This document shows positions 1 through 10,245 of a stretch of DNA of 39,635 bases, piece by piece. Position 1 is the first letter of the stretch; each line of letters opens with the position of its first letter. Position numbers and translations under genes: made by a program. The DNA is from a virus: the IMG/VR virus record IMGVR_UViG_2799112921_000001, positions 1-39,635 of that record; one strand, 5' to 3'. The notes beneath the pieces were generated by a model, which saw only the letters and a program-made list of their open reading frames with translations, did not search any database and was not told the origin of the DNA.

Positions 1-171
1 TCAAGCCCCACTACTATTATTTGGTATTATAACCACTTCTACATCTTCTGTTGTATCATCAGCATAAGTGATAGTAAAAGTCGCAGTAGATGTATTTTCT
101 TTATTCAATGTTTCAGATTCATCAAGAACCGTCAATTGTTCAGTATCTTGTTTAATTATTAATTTACTCAT
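1..171 (-). CDS. Small hypothetical protein (56 aa, MSKLIIKQDTEQ...PNNSSGA)
   Basis: Manual translation: ATG at 171, 3 nt after the upstream stop; TGA at 1-3. Below the ORF-track cutoff. Confidence 0.7.
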   Translation of the reverse strand: MSKLIIKQDTEQLTVLDESETLNKENTSTATFTITYADDTTEDVEVVIIPNNSSGA

Positions 172-174
172 TGT

Positions 175-888
175 TTAAGCACCCCTTTCAATAAATACTG
201 TATTTCCATTATTATTCCAATCACTATTCGCTTCATAAATCGCAGTAGTACCATTCGGAATCCTAACTTTTTGCCCACCCCCTATATAACTTATAGATGG
301 AATATCGTTTGCATCAGTCCAATAAACATCAATAAAACCATCATCTATTGTATACAAATAATCATCAATTTCTGATACTGTAACTGGAATATCTATGAGA
401 GTCAATTGACCCCCTATACCCATCTTAAATATTTTTGTTGCCCCAAAGGGATAGTATAGTTTTGTTATATCATAACCACAATCTTCAAAAGTGTAATCAT
501 CAAATGTAGGAATATTACAATTACTGAAATCAAATATAACTGTATGTTCGCCACTTGTTGTAAAAGAATATTCTTGTTCTAATGTATCTGTATTTGAGTA
601 AGTAACAATATTTCCATCACCCCAATCAACAGTTAAAGTTTCTCCATCGGCAAGATAAATATAATCCCCCGTTTGAGATGGATTATCTGTAATTCTTGCA
701 TAAGACCTATAAGTAGATGCACCTTCATCAAATACTAATTTTAATAATGGTGATGGGGCTTCTGTTTCTTTTAAAATATATAATCCATCATTAGTTATCT
801 CACTAATATCTTCAATAACAGTAATATCAGACTTATTTGTATTTTTAATTGCATTGGCAAAATCATCTATTATTTGTGAATCAACCAT
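175..888 (-). CDS. Putative adhesin/receptor-binding protein (PKD-like beta module plus BspA-type LRR-like C-terminus)
   Basis: TLTVDWGDG...SGEHTVIF (PKD-like); FDDYTFEDC, IDIPVTVSEIDDY and VRIPNGTTAIYEANSDW resemble BspA/LRR_5 repeats and cap; located at the distal tail end. Confidence 0.6.
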   Translation of the reverse strand: MVDSQIIDDFANAIKNTNKSDITVIEDISEITNDGLYILKETEAPSPLLKLVFDEGASTYRSYARITDNPSQTGDYIYLADGETLTVDWGDGNIVTYSNTDTLEQEYSFTTSGEHTVIFDFSNCNIPTFDDYTFEDCGYDITKLYYPFGATKIFKMGIGGQLTLIDIPVTVSEIDDYLYTIDDGFIDVYWTDANDIPSISYIGGGQKVRIPNGTTAIYEANSDWNNNGNTVFIERGA

Positions 889-931
889 AACACTTCACCC
901 CCACAGAAAAAAAATATAAGAGGATTTTATA

Positions 932-1687
932 TTAATCCTCATTTAATGCATTAGTTACAGCGATTAATACTGATTCTATTTCACTGTTTGCATCAGCAGT
1001 CCATTGTGCACTTACCTCATCTGCTAATTTTGCTTTAGTAACAGCTTTAGCATCAATTTTAGCAGTTGTCACGTTACCATCAACGATTTTTGCAGTAGTA
1101 ACACTATTAGATGCTAATTCAGTTGATGTTACTCCTCCCGCTTTAATACTGAATACACCACTTGCTGACACTGTTATTGTGGTTTCATCAGCAGTTTGTA
1201 ACCAATCACCCGTTGGTATTATTAAATTAGAGGTTCCGTCATTATCTACAGTTTGAACAACAAGTAAGATATATTGATCTCCAGTCACAAGTCCTGCTGC
1301 GGTTTCTTCAGCAGTTGGAGTTGCACCCACAGTTTCAACACTACCACTTCTTACCATTTTGTCTTTTTCAACGTTAATTTTAGCTCCTACTTGAGTTCCA
1401 TCAATAGTAAGATAGTAAGATGATGCATAACCTGCTTCAGCAGTTGCTTGTTTTACAAAATCAAATACAGGAGTGTTTTCAAGATCATCATAATCCCCAC
1501 TAGTTGCGACTGCATGTAATCCTGAAAAAAGATTACTTATAAAGCTTTTTATTGCTTGTACGGTAGCATAACTACTATTATCTTGAGTGAAATCACCAGT
1601 TATATCATTTTTCTTATTACTTAAAGCTTCAAATCTATTAACTAATGCATTTTTAAAGTTTTGTACTTCTCTCTCGTCTACAGACAT
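932..1687 (-). CDS. Tail fibre-like protein with VTTAKI repeats
   Basis: VTSTELASNSVTTAKIVDGNVTTAKIDAKAVTKAKL 10-aa repeats and VATSGDYDDL, typical of phage fibre shafts; GGTGA SD. Confidence 0.7.
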   Translation of the reverse strand: MSVDEREVQNFKNALVNRFEALSNKKNDITGDFTQDNSSYATVQAIKSFISNLFSGLHAVATSGDYDDLENTPVFDFVKQATAEAGYASSYYLTIDGTQVGAKINVEKDKMVRSGSVETVGATPTAEETAAGLVTGDQYILLVVQTVDNDGTSNLIIPTGDWLQTADETTITVSASGVFSIKAGGVTSTELASNSVTTAKIVDGNVTTAKIDAKAVTKAKLADEVSAQWTADANSEIESVLIAVTNALNED

Positions 1688-1709
1688 TTTTAATCACCTA
1701 TTTTATAAT

Positions 1710-2408
1710 TTAATTATTTAATGCCTCAGTTAAAGTACTGAGGAAACTATCAAGTTTATCATCCATATTATCATTGAAATCAATGATGTCATTTGATAAA
1801 TGTGTATGGATTTTATCTGCTTTTCCTTCTAAAGTTGTTGCAATAGAAGCAAATTTTATATCTGCCTCTGCCATCCATGCCATTACGGTCGTTTCATCAG
1901 CAAATGGAAGATTTACAATACACAATAATTCACCATCACTGTAAAAACTCAAGTTATTATCCCTAAAGTCCAATGAGTCAAAGCGTGAATGTAATTTTTC
2001 GTAGATGTCTATGAATATGTCTTTATCCTCATCACAATTACAGTCATGATTATGTTTATGATGTTTATGATGATGTGGATGATATCCTGAATCTTTGAGG
2101 TATACAATCAGAGTATTCGTTGTTAATAAGTCGCCCGCATAAACAGTTACACTAAAATAGCGACCAAACAGTGCACGACTCGGAACAGGTATAGTATAAG
2201 ATGCACCTAATTTACCTAGATATTCACGTATACTTCTACCTTGATCATCCCTGAATATAACAATTTTTTCGCTATCATTCCACAATTCATTAAAAGTGAA
2301 TGTAGCATCTACTGCATTTCTAGTTTTGCTTACTAAGATTTCATTATCTATTCTTTTTATTATTTGATTTTCAATTGAAAATTTCAGTTCCAATTTAATC
2401 ACCTCCAT
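1710..2408 (-). CDS. Baseplate upper (BppU-like)/fibre-attachment protein with His-rich tract
   Basis: N-terminal beta domain resembling BppU_N (FSIENQIIKR...ATFTFNELWN); HPHHHKHHKHNHDCNCD; HTHxxxDIxDF fibre motif. Confidence 0.55.
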   Translation of the reverse strand: MEVIKLELKFSIENQIIKRIDNEILVSKTRNAVDATFTFNELWNDSEKIVIFRDDQGRSIREYLGKLGASYTIPVPSRALFGRYFSVTVYAGDLLTTNTLIVYLKDSGYHPHHHKHHKHNHDCNCDEDKDIFIDIYEKLHSRFDSLDFRDNNLSFYSDGELLCIVNLPFADETTVMAWMAEADIKFASIATTLEGKADKIHTHLSNDIIDFNDNMDDKLDSFLSTLTEALNN

Positions 2409-4125
2409 ATTTCACGTATACTATATCAAATGTTTTATTATGTGATGTTAAATCTCCTTTTAAAATTACATGTGCAACACCATCCTGCCCATTATTCAAT
2501 CCAATGGCATCAGCATTAGGTATTCTTCCATTGCTTGTTGTTGTTACTTGTTTAACTGTAGAACCCATTATCAATGTTGCGTTTAAGTTATTAATTGGAT
2601 TTTGTCCACTTTGACTAGTAACTTGTATATTTAATTTATCCCCAACATTCACTTTCAATATTGATCCTTCGAATGTTTCCATTGTGTCTTGTGTGTATAA
2701 TGAACCATCGGCCTTAGTACGAATTAATCTAACAGAAATATCGTTTTTCACCATATATCTATCTCTAAGAAGACTTACGCTCTCGACCTCTGATTTAAAA
2801 ATATCAGTGAAATCATGTGTAGATAAACCTTTACCATTGACTTTATCTACTTTACCGGCTAATGCATTGTTTATACTACCTAACGCATTGTTTATACTAC
2901 CTAACGCATTGTTGATTTTATCATTTACTGCATGTTGATTTGCATTAGCAGCAGACCCAATATTAGATAATGCTGATGCTTCAACAATCATAGTTGATGG
3001 GTGTGTAGATGGATGTGTGTATTTGTTTGCTTCTTCATCAATAGCATCAAGCTTAGCCTTCAACATATCAGTAAAATCATTACTAGACAAACTTTTACCA
3101 TTGACTTTATCTACTTTAGTACTTATCGAACCATTAATTGAATCTAAAGCTTCTTTAACTTTTTTATTCTGCACAGGATTAGTAGAATTTGAAGATAAAG
3201 CAGAATCAACAACTAATTTATCTTCAGTAGTAATCTTTCCATTACTGTCAGTTACAACATTCTTTGATTTTTGATTACTGATAACACCATCTTTGTTAAT
3301 ATAACCATGACTATGATCCACATCTGCTTTACTGGCAAAATCAACCTCTATATCTCCTTCAATATTTGCAATTTGTTGATCAACATAAGCTGTTTTTGCA
3401 TAGTCTGCTAAACTTTGATGGCTTGTTAAATAGCCTTTATCATTTGTAAATGCAGAAACTTTCGTTGGAAAGTCCGTAATATCATTTTTATTGTGTTTAT
3501 GACCCTCATCTGATTTACCATCAATTAATTCTTTTAAAACTGTACCTTGTGCAGCAGCTAACGCTATAGCATCAGTACTAGTTGTTGTTAAGTTATTCGC
3601 AACTTTTAAATGACCAAAAACACCACTAGTCCCTTTCCCATATGTAGCTGCATTGACAGCATGATTTTTAATAGCATAACCATTCTGAATTTCGGTTTTA
3701 GTATAATAATTTTCTAAATGTTTAACAGCAATATAATGACCAATTTCCATTTCATAATGATTGTCTCCCTCAGGATCAGCAATATACAAATATAATGTAC
3801 CTTCATCCTCCCCAGGTGTTTCAACATGCCGGAACAATGGAGGATGATCCTCATCATTATAATAACAGTAAAGTTTACCATCCTCATCATTACCCCACAA
3901 TGTAAAGAAACCTGGAGGAGGTACTTGTATGGCCTCACAATCTTTATCAACAATCATACTATACAATTCATTAATAGCTTCAGCTACAGTATCTGCCCTT
4001 GTGTCTAATTGCATTTCATTAACGAAATCTTCTAATGATTTTACATGTGTTCCTAATTTAGTAACACGCAAGTTTCCACATGTATTATCAAGTTTATCTT
4101 TTTCTGCATTTGTTAATTTACTCAT
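2395..4125 (-). CDS. Tail fibre protein
   Basis: HKHNKNDITDFP, GHLKVANNLT...ALAAAQG and twice KVDKVNGKxLSxxDFTD are common fibre modules. Confidence 0.75.
   Translation of the reverse strand: MSKLTNAEKDKLDNTCGNLRVTKLGTHVKSLEDFVNEMQLDTRADTVAEAINELYSMIVDKDCEAIQVPPPGFFTLWGNDEDGKLYCYYNDEDHPPLFRHVETPGEDEGTLYLYIADPEGDNHYEMEIGHYIAVKHLENYYTKTEIQNGYAIKNHAVNAATYGKGTSGVFGHLKVANNLTTTSTDAIALAAAQGTVLKELIDGKSDEGHKHNKNDITDFPTKVSAFTNDKGYLTSHQSLADYAKTAYVDQQIANIEGDIEVDFASKADVDHSHGYINKDGVISNQKSKNVVTDSNGKITTEDKLVVDSALSSNSTNPVQNKKVKEALDSINGSISTKVDKVNGKSLSSNDFTDMLKAKLDAIDEEANKYTHPSTHPSTMIVEASALSNIGSAANANQHAVNDKINNALGSINNALGSINNALAGKVDKVNGKGLSTHDFTDIFKSEVESVSLLRDRYMVKNDISVRLIRTKADGSLYTQDTMETFEGSILKVNVGDKLNIQVTSQSGQNPINNLNATLIMGSTVKQVTTTSNGRIPNADAIGLNNGQDGVAHVILKGDLTSHNKTFDIVYVKYGGD
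2830..3118. repeat. 25-bp exact direct repeat within the fibre gene
   Basis: tttaccattgactttatctacttta at 2830-2854 and 3094-3118 (KVDKVNGK), 264 bp apart and in frame. Confidence 0.9.
2864..2913. repeat. 21-bp tandem repeat (2.4 copies) encoding NNALGSI
   Basis: gcattgtttatactacctaac at 2864-2884 and 2885-2905, plus partial gcattgtt at 2906-2913. Confidence 0.95.
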
Positions 4126-6653
4126 GCTACACTCTCCCTTGAGACATTTCCAATCTTCAACTTGGAATCTGATTTGATTTTTGGATCATATTTTTTCTCA
4201 ACAATCTGTGCCTTAAAAACACTAGTATCTGGCAATTTTATATAAACAAAATCCCCAGCATTAAAATCTAATTTTTCTTCAGTTAAATCAACATTAATAT
4301 CTTCCGATTTATCTAACCATTGAGTATTATCACCAGAACCATTTAATTTCTTCCAACAACCAATAAGAACCTCTTCAACGCTTTGTTCAGATGTTTCAAA
4401 AGGTTCTAATTTTGGATTGTTATTTGTCATGTAAGTATAATTAAAATCAGCAGAGGTTATTGGAGCATAAATAAACATTTCTCCTTTTTGTTTCACATAA
4501 GGAAATGGAGATAATTCATATAATTTAGTGGAATCACATTTTAAACTTTTTAATGTTGCACCATCTATTTTAATACTAACATCCCCATATAAACTATCTA
4601 ATAGTGAACCCTCTGTTAAAATATCATTTAATCGTATTTTAGTTTCATCCTCGCCACCAATGTTTTCATCACTTGCAATTACTTCTTTATATTCTTGATG
4701 TACTTCTTGAATCGTCTCTTTTCTTGTTGTTTCTGTAGTTGCTTCAGCAGGTGTTAATTTTCTCCATTCACATCTGCCACCGCCCCATTTGTCACCACCA
4801 CAGTAACCACAGTAATCTGCATCGCAACCGCCTTTGCTCATACTACAAGTGATTTCTCCTTCATATACACCTTTGGGATTATCTGTGAGCGTGCCTGATT
4901 TTCCACATGCTGGACAGTAATTTTGCCATGTTTTGGTGAAACGTTTATATGGTGTTTTTGGATACCCACAACAGCCACAGGAAGGCATCATATTAACTGT
5001 TATAACATCAGTATTAGCTACTGACTCTGTAACTTCAATTTCTTTTTCTTCAATTGTTTCAAAGAATTTCATGAATTTAATTTCTTTTTTATTGAAATCA
5101 ATTTCAATATCCGTATTATCCTGTATTAGATTCACATCCCTGAATCCTATTACAAAAGATTCTGGGGTGTTTTGACTAATATTTTGTTTAGATATGGTTA
5201 TAGTGATGTTTTCTACACCAGATGTTTTTGTAACCACCATTACAGGGTATGATTCACTAATATAATTATCTAAATCATACATGTTTTTATCAGGCAAAGG
5301 ATTCATTGGCGTTTTATACGGAAGATTATTGGATTCGCTTGTATTTTGAGTATACATGAAGGGCATGTACTCATAATCTTCAGCATCTACAATATATTTT
5401 ACATTATATTCTACAGTAGAAGGTAAAATCTTATTTAAATTAGGATACTCATTAGATTTACATACTACTTTCTTTTTAGTAGTTAAATACTCTGCAAAGA
5501 TATATATCAACCATTGAAAATTGACTTTTCCATGATTAGTAATAATACCAGCAGGCACAGTGCCTGCTTTTTTAATATACTCCTGACAACGCATAGCTAA
5601 ATCAAAAATCTCCTCAATACTAAAAGCACAATCAAGATTATTACCATCACTCACCAATGGCGGTTCAATAATAATCAACTTAATAATCTCACTACCAGTA
5701 TTAAGAATATATTTAGTAGCCATATCAACAAATTGACTCATACCAATATTCAATGAAGTTTCTTCATTGAAAAAACGCATATTAATTGTATCTGGAATAT
5801 AACCAAAAGTAGTGATTTTTTCATGTAAATTTTTTGCAGCAACAAGTATATCACTAGTTAACGCACCATAATTCGCATAATAAGGCATTACTTTTTCATT
5901 ATTAATATCCAAATTATAAAATTGCTTTAAAATTTTCGTGTAATCTACATTACTATTATTCTCTGATTTAACAATAGGCATTATACCTAATGCATTTTTA
6001 GTTTCATCACTACTATACTCCAACTTATCAGTATTTTCACCAACAGTAACCCTTTCAAGAAGTTTATTATGTGTAACACCAAAATTTTCCGGTTTTAATA
6101 AACTAACATGCTTAACAATCTTATTATCCACTAAACTATAACTGTATTTAAACATTAAACCAGTAGTTTCTTCAATCTCTTTCAATAATGCATACTTTGA
6201 AATAGTACCATTAACATTAATCATTTTCAAAGAAGTATCTATACCAGGCAAATCAGTATTATCAACAATATAAAAACCTTCAAAAAGAAGATTTAAAAAT
6301 GTTTTATCTAACATAATAGTACTGCCTGAAACATGCCTGCGATAAAGAGGATCATTAATATAAAATGGGGCGCAATTATTTAACTCACAAACAATCTCTT
6401 CAGCTTCTAAACTTATTAAATTATCAACATAATCAACTTCAACTTCAGTATTGATTACAAACAAAACATTCTCTAAAAATATTTTATTACCTTGACAATA
6501 AAGATTTTGATCATGTTTCACATTAGTTAATTCACAATCAAAATCTAATGTTTTATAACCACCATAAGTGTCAGTGATTTCAACAGCAGCATCTGCATCA
6601 TCTATCCATTCCAGAATTTTTTCATCATGATCTAATATTATAATCATTCTCAT
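4122..6653 (-). CDS. Tal/tail-spike-like baseplate hub protein with pseudomurein-binding-like repeats and a Cys-rich insert
   Basis: N-terminus resembles prophage tail (Tal) proteins; PMBR-like segments at about 5480-5850; 10 Cys at about 4765-4990; lies downstream of the Dit-like gene. Confidence 0.65.
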   Translation of the reverse strand: MRMIIILDHDEKILEWIDDADAAVEITDTYGGYKTLDFDCELTNVKHDQNLYCQGNKIFLENVLFVINTEVEVDYVDNLISLEAEEIVCELNNCAPFYINDPLYRRHVSGSTIMLDKTFLNLLFEGFYIVDNTDLPGIDTSLKMINVNGTISKYALLKEIEETTGLMFKYSYSLVDNKIVKHVSLLKPENFGVTHNKLLERVTVGENTDKLEYSSDETKNALGIMPIVKSENNSNVDYTKILKQFYNLDINNEKVMPYYANYGALTSDILVAAKNLHEKITTFGYIPDTINMRFFNEETSLNIGMSQFVDMATKYILNTGSEIIKLIIIEPPLVSDGNNLDCAFSIEEIFDLAMRCQEYIKKAGTVPAGIITNHGKVNFQWLIYIFAEYLTTKKKVVCKSNEYPNLNKILPSTVEYNVKYIVDAEDYEYMPFMYTQNTSESNNLPYKTPMNPLPDKNMYDLDNYISESYPVMVVTKTSGVENITITISKQNISQNTPESFVIGFRDVNLIQDNTDIEIDFNKKEIKFMKFFETIEEKEIEVTESVANTDVITVNMMPSCGCCGYPKTPYKRFTKTWQNYCPACGKSGTLTDNPKGVYEGEITCSMSKGGCDADYCGYCGGDKWGGGRCEWRKLTPAEATTETTRKETIQEVHQEYKEVIASDENIGGEDETKIRLNDILTEGSLLDSLYGDVSIKIDGATLKSLKCDSTKLYELSPFPYVKQKGEMFIYAPITSADFNYTYMTNNNPKLEPFETSEQSVEEVLIGCWKKLNGSGDNTQWLDKSEDINVDLTEEKLDFNAGDFVYIKLPDTSVFKAQIVEKKYDPKIKSDSKLKIGNVSRESVA

Positions 6654-9491
6654 TCACCCTTTTAACTCATAATATTTTATTTCTGAAACTCGACAATTAA
6701 CACAATTACTGAAATCAAAACTACCTGCGAGAGTGAAGAAAGTACTATCTAGACTAATACAATTAGGGTCAATCTTAAACCATTCACCATAAGCTTCATA
6801 GTATAATTTACGGTTCTTACAATCCAATTTCAACATAGTGTTTACTGGTAAATTATCAATGAATCCACCAGTTAACGTACATTTTTGACCTGTTTCCTGT
6901 TCTAAAAGGATGATTTCACCTTCATGAGATAATATATTAAAGTATATTGTAGGTTTTACTTTTCCCATATGTCCAGTATGTCCCATGTTTGCTGATTCAG
7001 TTTCTTTTAGATTACGTGCTAATCCAGATGGAACAATTAATTCAGCTTCACATTCATAAGCACCATCCACAGGCTCTGCATCCATAGTATCTTCAATATA
7101 ATAATCATAACCGACGTCAGGAGCATAAAAAAAACTAATAGTTTTCAATATAGGATTATCCAAGCTATCTCTTTCAGGATATAACCATTCTACAACAGCT
7201 TCTAAAAGTATTGTTAAATCCTCTATGGTTCCACATTCACAAGTATCAAATTTCAATTTGATTTTGTTCTCTTCAAGGTTAATTCTGTTTGGATATTCAC
7301 CATCAGCACCATCAACCTGAAACTTATTAACATCATAATTTGCTCCACGTGGAATTTCTCCATCAGCTCTTAAATCAAGTAAAAAATGCTTGCTTGACAC
7401 ACCATTCACAAAAAACTCCCAACAATCATTATTTATACTATAATATAATGTAACTCGGACGTTTTTCATTTGTACATTGACTGGTGTTTGATTATCAAAA
7501 CTATCATCAATTTGCATGAAAAATACCATATCTTTTAATAGACTAGTAATATCTGGGAAATTTAAGCCTAATGTCTTGAATTTACCCCCAAATTTAAAAT
7601 TACGTGTATTTTCATTAATATTTAGGCTTTCTTTATGGTAGTCTAATTCATCTATGCCTGTATGACCAAAGCCCATTAATAAATTTACGCTTTCTTCAGC
7701 TGAAATATCTCCTGTAACTTCTAAGCCATGAGGTATGATAAATTCATTATCTTCTAGACCGTTCCAGTTAATTAAATCAAAATAATGTCTGCTTGAAGGG
7801 TTCTTTTCCGGAGGTTCTAATAAAAGATTGGTGTATTCATCATTAGTGATGAGTTTGTTTAAGTCATCAAATGCTAGTGCAGGATATTCATAACCTAGAT
7901 AATGGTCTGCATGAATCACGAATAGGTTACCGAACTCTATTTTACCAGCATCTGCTTCAATATAATTACCATAAAATCTGAAAGAGAGTTTTTTAGATTC
8001 ATCATACGTGAATTTAACCGTTAATAATTGCCAATTCCCAATTTGAGATACTTTGGGAGTAAATTTTTCTCCATTATTGATTACAGATGCACGTACATTT
8101 TTCATACCTTTAATAATAGTAGTTGTACCGGTTATTCTGCAAAGGCAGCCAAAGACATATTGTTCACCAGTTGTGTGATACATGTTTTCTAATGTGAATA
8201 ATGGAGCATCTAATTCAGTATAGAACTCTTCATAGTCAAACTCTTCATTCACATTGACTTTTATTTTAGTTACACCTGTCCAGGCATTACTATAACAGAT
8301 AATTTGAGCATCTTCAAGAGAGGTAGCATATAATTGTAATTGCATATCAAACAAGTTATTAGCATCCCAATTCGTAATTGTTAAAATTTTAGTAGTACTA
8401 TCATAACCCGCAGGCAGATTACCATTTACTTTTAATTTATCGAAGTCCAAATATACTTGTAAAGGAGTTCTAGCATCATTTTGAACTGTTAAAGTGAATA
8501 AAGTATAATGCCTACTATTTACACTTTGTTTAATAGCGTTTTCAGAAACACTACATTCAAGAAGATATGCTTTTCCCGGGACAATATAAATTGACTCAAC
8601 AGATGAATTATATCTGCTTTCTTCAGAGACATAAACATAAGCATTTACATTATTATAACCAGAAATAGAAGGGCTTGCTGGAGTTACACGGAAAGTTAAC
8701 CTTGCCCTACCATTTTGCAATCTTGCAATCCATTTTTGCTGACTAGGAGTATATGTTCCTTGAGCATCAATACTTCCAGGAACAATACTTAATCCCTGAG
8801 TAATTACCACCGATACATCAACATTACCTGAAGATATAGCATTATTTGTGTCAACTACATCAATTGTGACAAGAGAATCCTGACCATACTCTAAAGGTTG
8901 TCTTTGAAAACTAACTGAAGGAATAGGATTCGGTAATACATATTCAATATTCAAACGCAAATATTTCATTTTTATATATGCTGGATTATTACCTGTATTA
9001 GCAGGTACATCAAAAGTAACAGTAGCATCAAATAAATCGGATCCACGAAGTTTAAGATTATACCATCCCACATTATAACCAGTAACTACATCTTTTGGTG
9101 GAGCATTACCCGGAGCAGATAAACCTAATGAAGGTATACTAATAACAGGCTGACCAAAACTACCATGACCCATATTAGGATAACTGAATTTAGCATATGC
9201 ATACTCAACAGTAATTCCTATAACTTTAGCATTAGCAGGGAGCTGATTTATAATATCTTGAAAATTACTTCCTTTTATTTGAGATGGTTTGAATTTACCA
9301 CCATTAACACTTGCTACAGCATTAATATAATTAGCCCCAGGGTCAGAATTACCCCAATGACCAAAAGTATCAGAATTATTCGTAATATGCTCTATCTCTT
9401 CCATTCCACGATAGATTCCAGTATTACCATTGACATTTGTTACATTATATGGATATGAAATTATTCTAGCCATTTTTAACAAAACCTCCAT
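6654..9491 (-). CDS. Large ('evolved') distal tail protein (Dit-like) with Ig/DUF11-like domain; likely start ATG 9473
   Basis: C-terminal KPTIY...LKLDCKNRKLY...FFTL is Dit-like; VVITQGLSIVPGS...GTYTPSQQKWIARLQNG.ARLTFRV is DUF11-like; lies between TMP and Tal. Confidence 0.6.
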   Translation of the reverse strand: MEVLLKMARIISYPYNVTNVNGNTGIYRGMEEIEHITNNSDTFGHWGNSDPGANYINAVASVNGGKFKPSQIKGSNFQDIINQLPANAKVIGITVEYAYAKFSYPNMGHGSFGQPVISIPSLGLSAPGNAPPKDVVTGYNVGWYNLKLRGSDLFDATVTFDVPANTGNNPAYIKMKYLRLNIEYVLPNPIPSVSFQRQPLEYGQDSLVTIDVVDTNNAISSGNVDVSVVITQGLSIVPGSIDAQGTYTPSQQKWIARLQNGRARLTFRVTPASPSISGYNNVNAYVYVSEESRYNSSVESIYIVPGKAYLLECSVSENAIKQSVNSRHYTLFTLTVQNDARTPLQVYLDFDKLKVNGNLPAGYDSTTKILTITNWDANNLFDMQLQLYATSLEDAQIICYSNAWTGVTKIKVNVNEEFDYEEFYTELDAPLFTLENMYHTTGEQYVFGCLCRITGTTTIIKGMKNVRASVINNGEKFTPKVSQIGNWQLLTVKFTYDESKKLSFRFYGNYIEADAGKIEFGNLFVIHADHYLGYEYPALAFDDLNKLITNDEYTNLLLEPPEKNPSSRHYFDLINWNGLEDNEFIIPHGLEVTGDISAEESVNLLMGFGHTGIDELDYHKESLNINENTRNFKFGGKFKTLGLNFPDITSLLKDMVFFMQIDDSFDNQTPVNVQMKNVRVTLYYSINNDCWEFFVNGVSSKHFLLDLRADGEIPRGANYDVNKFQVDGADGEYPNRINLEENKIKLKFDTCECGTIEDLTILLEAVVEWLYPERDSLDNPILKTISFFYAPDVGYDYYIEDTMDAEPVDGAYECEAELIVPSGLARNLKETESANMGHTGHMGKVKPTIYFNILSHEGEIILLEQETGQKCTLTGGFIDNLPVNTMLKLDCKNRKLYYEAYGEWFKIDPNCISLDSTFFTLAGSFDFSNCVNCRVSEIKYYELKG

Positions 9492-10245
9492 AGGTTTGGT
9501 TGAATAATAAAGTGTTTAATTCCATACTGAAGTAATCATTACGTAATTCACCAGCATTATTAGTATATCTACCTACCCCATTAGGGAATGAGAATTCAAC
9601 ACTAACATATTTAGCGTTTGATGGAATATTTGTTGATTGAACATTGCATCGTCCTCTGTTTCCTGTTCCAAGGTTTGAAATATCAGCAATTTCTTGACTA
9701 CTAATATAATTATGATTAGCATCAAAATAGACAAAACCAACCATAATACTGGAGATATGTGGTGATGCTTCATAAGTAGTACTAAAGAGTATACGGTTAG
9801 TTCCATTAGGTATTGCTACACCAGTACCGTTTTGATGGATTAACATGTAAAATGGGGCTGTATTATCAACTCCATTTACTAGATAAGAATCTTTAATCCT
9901 TATTTTGTACCCATTCGTGAAAGGTTGTATTGTAGCAATAGATTCTATTGGATCAAAAGTATTTTCAAAATGCTCACAAACATACAGAAAACTACCAATA
10001 GCATCCACTGTTGTCGGTTTACAATAAGCAATATTATCATTAAATCTATTAATTAGATTAGCATTCTTTTTTAATGTAAAAGAATATACATCAAATTCAT
10101 CATAAGCCTTCATTTCAGTTGGATTTAATGAAACTTCAGATTTATGAGATTGAAAACCATTCATTGTTTCAAGATAACCATATTTGTAACCTATAATATT
10201 CCCGAATACACGGCATCTATCAGGGTTAACACTAACTTTATCCAT
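9466..10245 (-). CDS. Hypothetical tail/baseplate protein
   Basis: 259-aa ORF abutting the TMP stop and overlapping the next gene; beta-rich C-terminus. Confidence 0.75.
   Translation of the reverse strand: MDKVSVNPDRCRVFGNIIGYKYGYLETMNGFQSHKSEVSLNPTEMKAYDEFDVYSFTLKKNANLINRFNDNIAYCKPTTVDAIGSFLYVCEHFENTFDPIESIATIQPFTNGYKIRIKDSYLVNGVDNTAPFYMLIHQNGTGVAIPNGTNRILFSTTYEASPHISSIMVGFVYFDANHNYISSQEIADISNLGTGNRGRCNVQSTNIPSNAKYVSVEFSFPNGVGRYTNNAGELRNDYFSMELNTLLFNQTYGGFVKNG

Noticed and set aside
1-4125. Diversity-generating retroelement acting on fibre/adhesin genes
   Set aside because: No reverse transcriptase and no TR/VR pair with adenine-specific mismatches in the window; it could lie outside.
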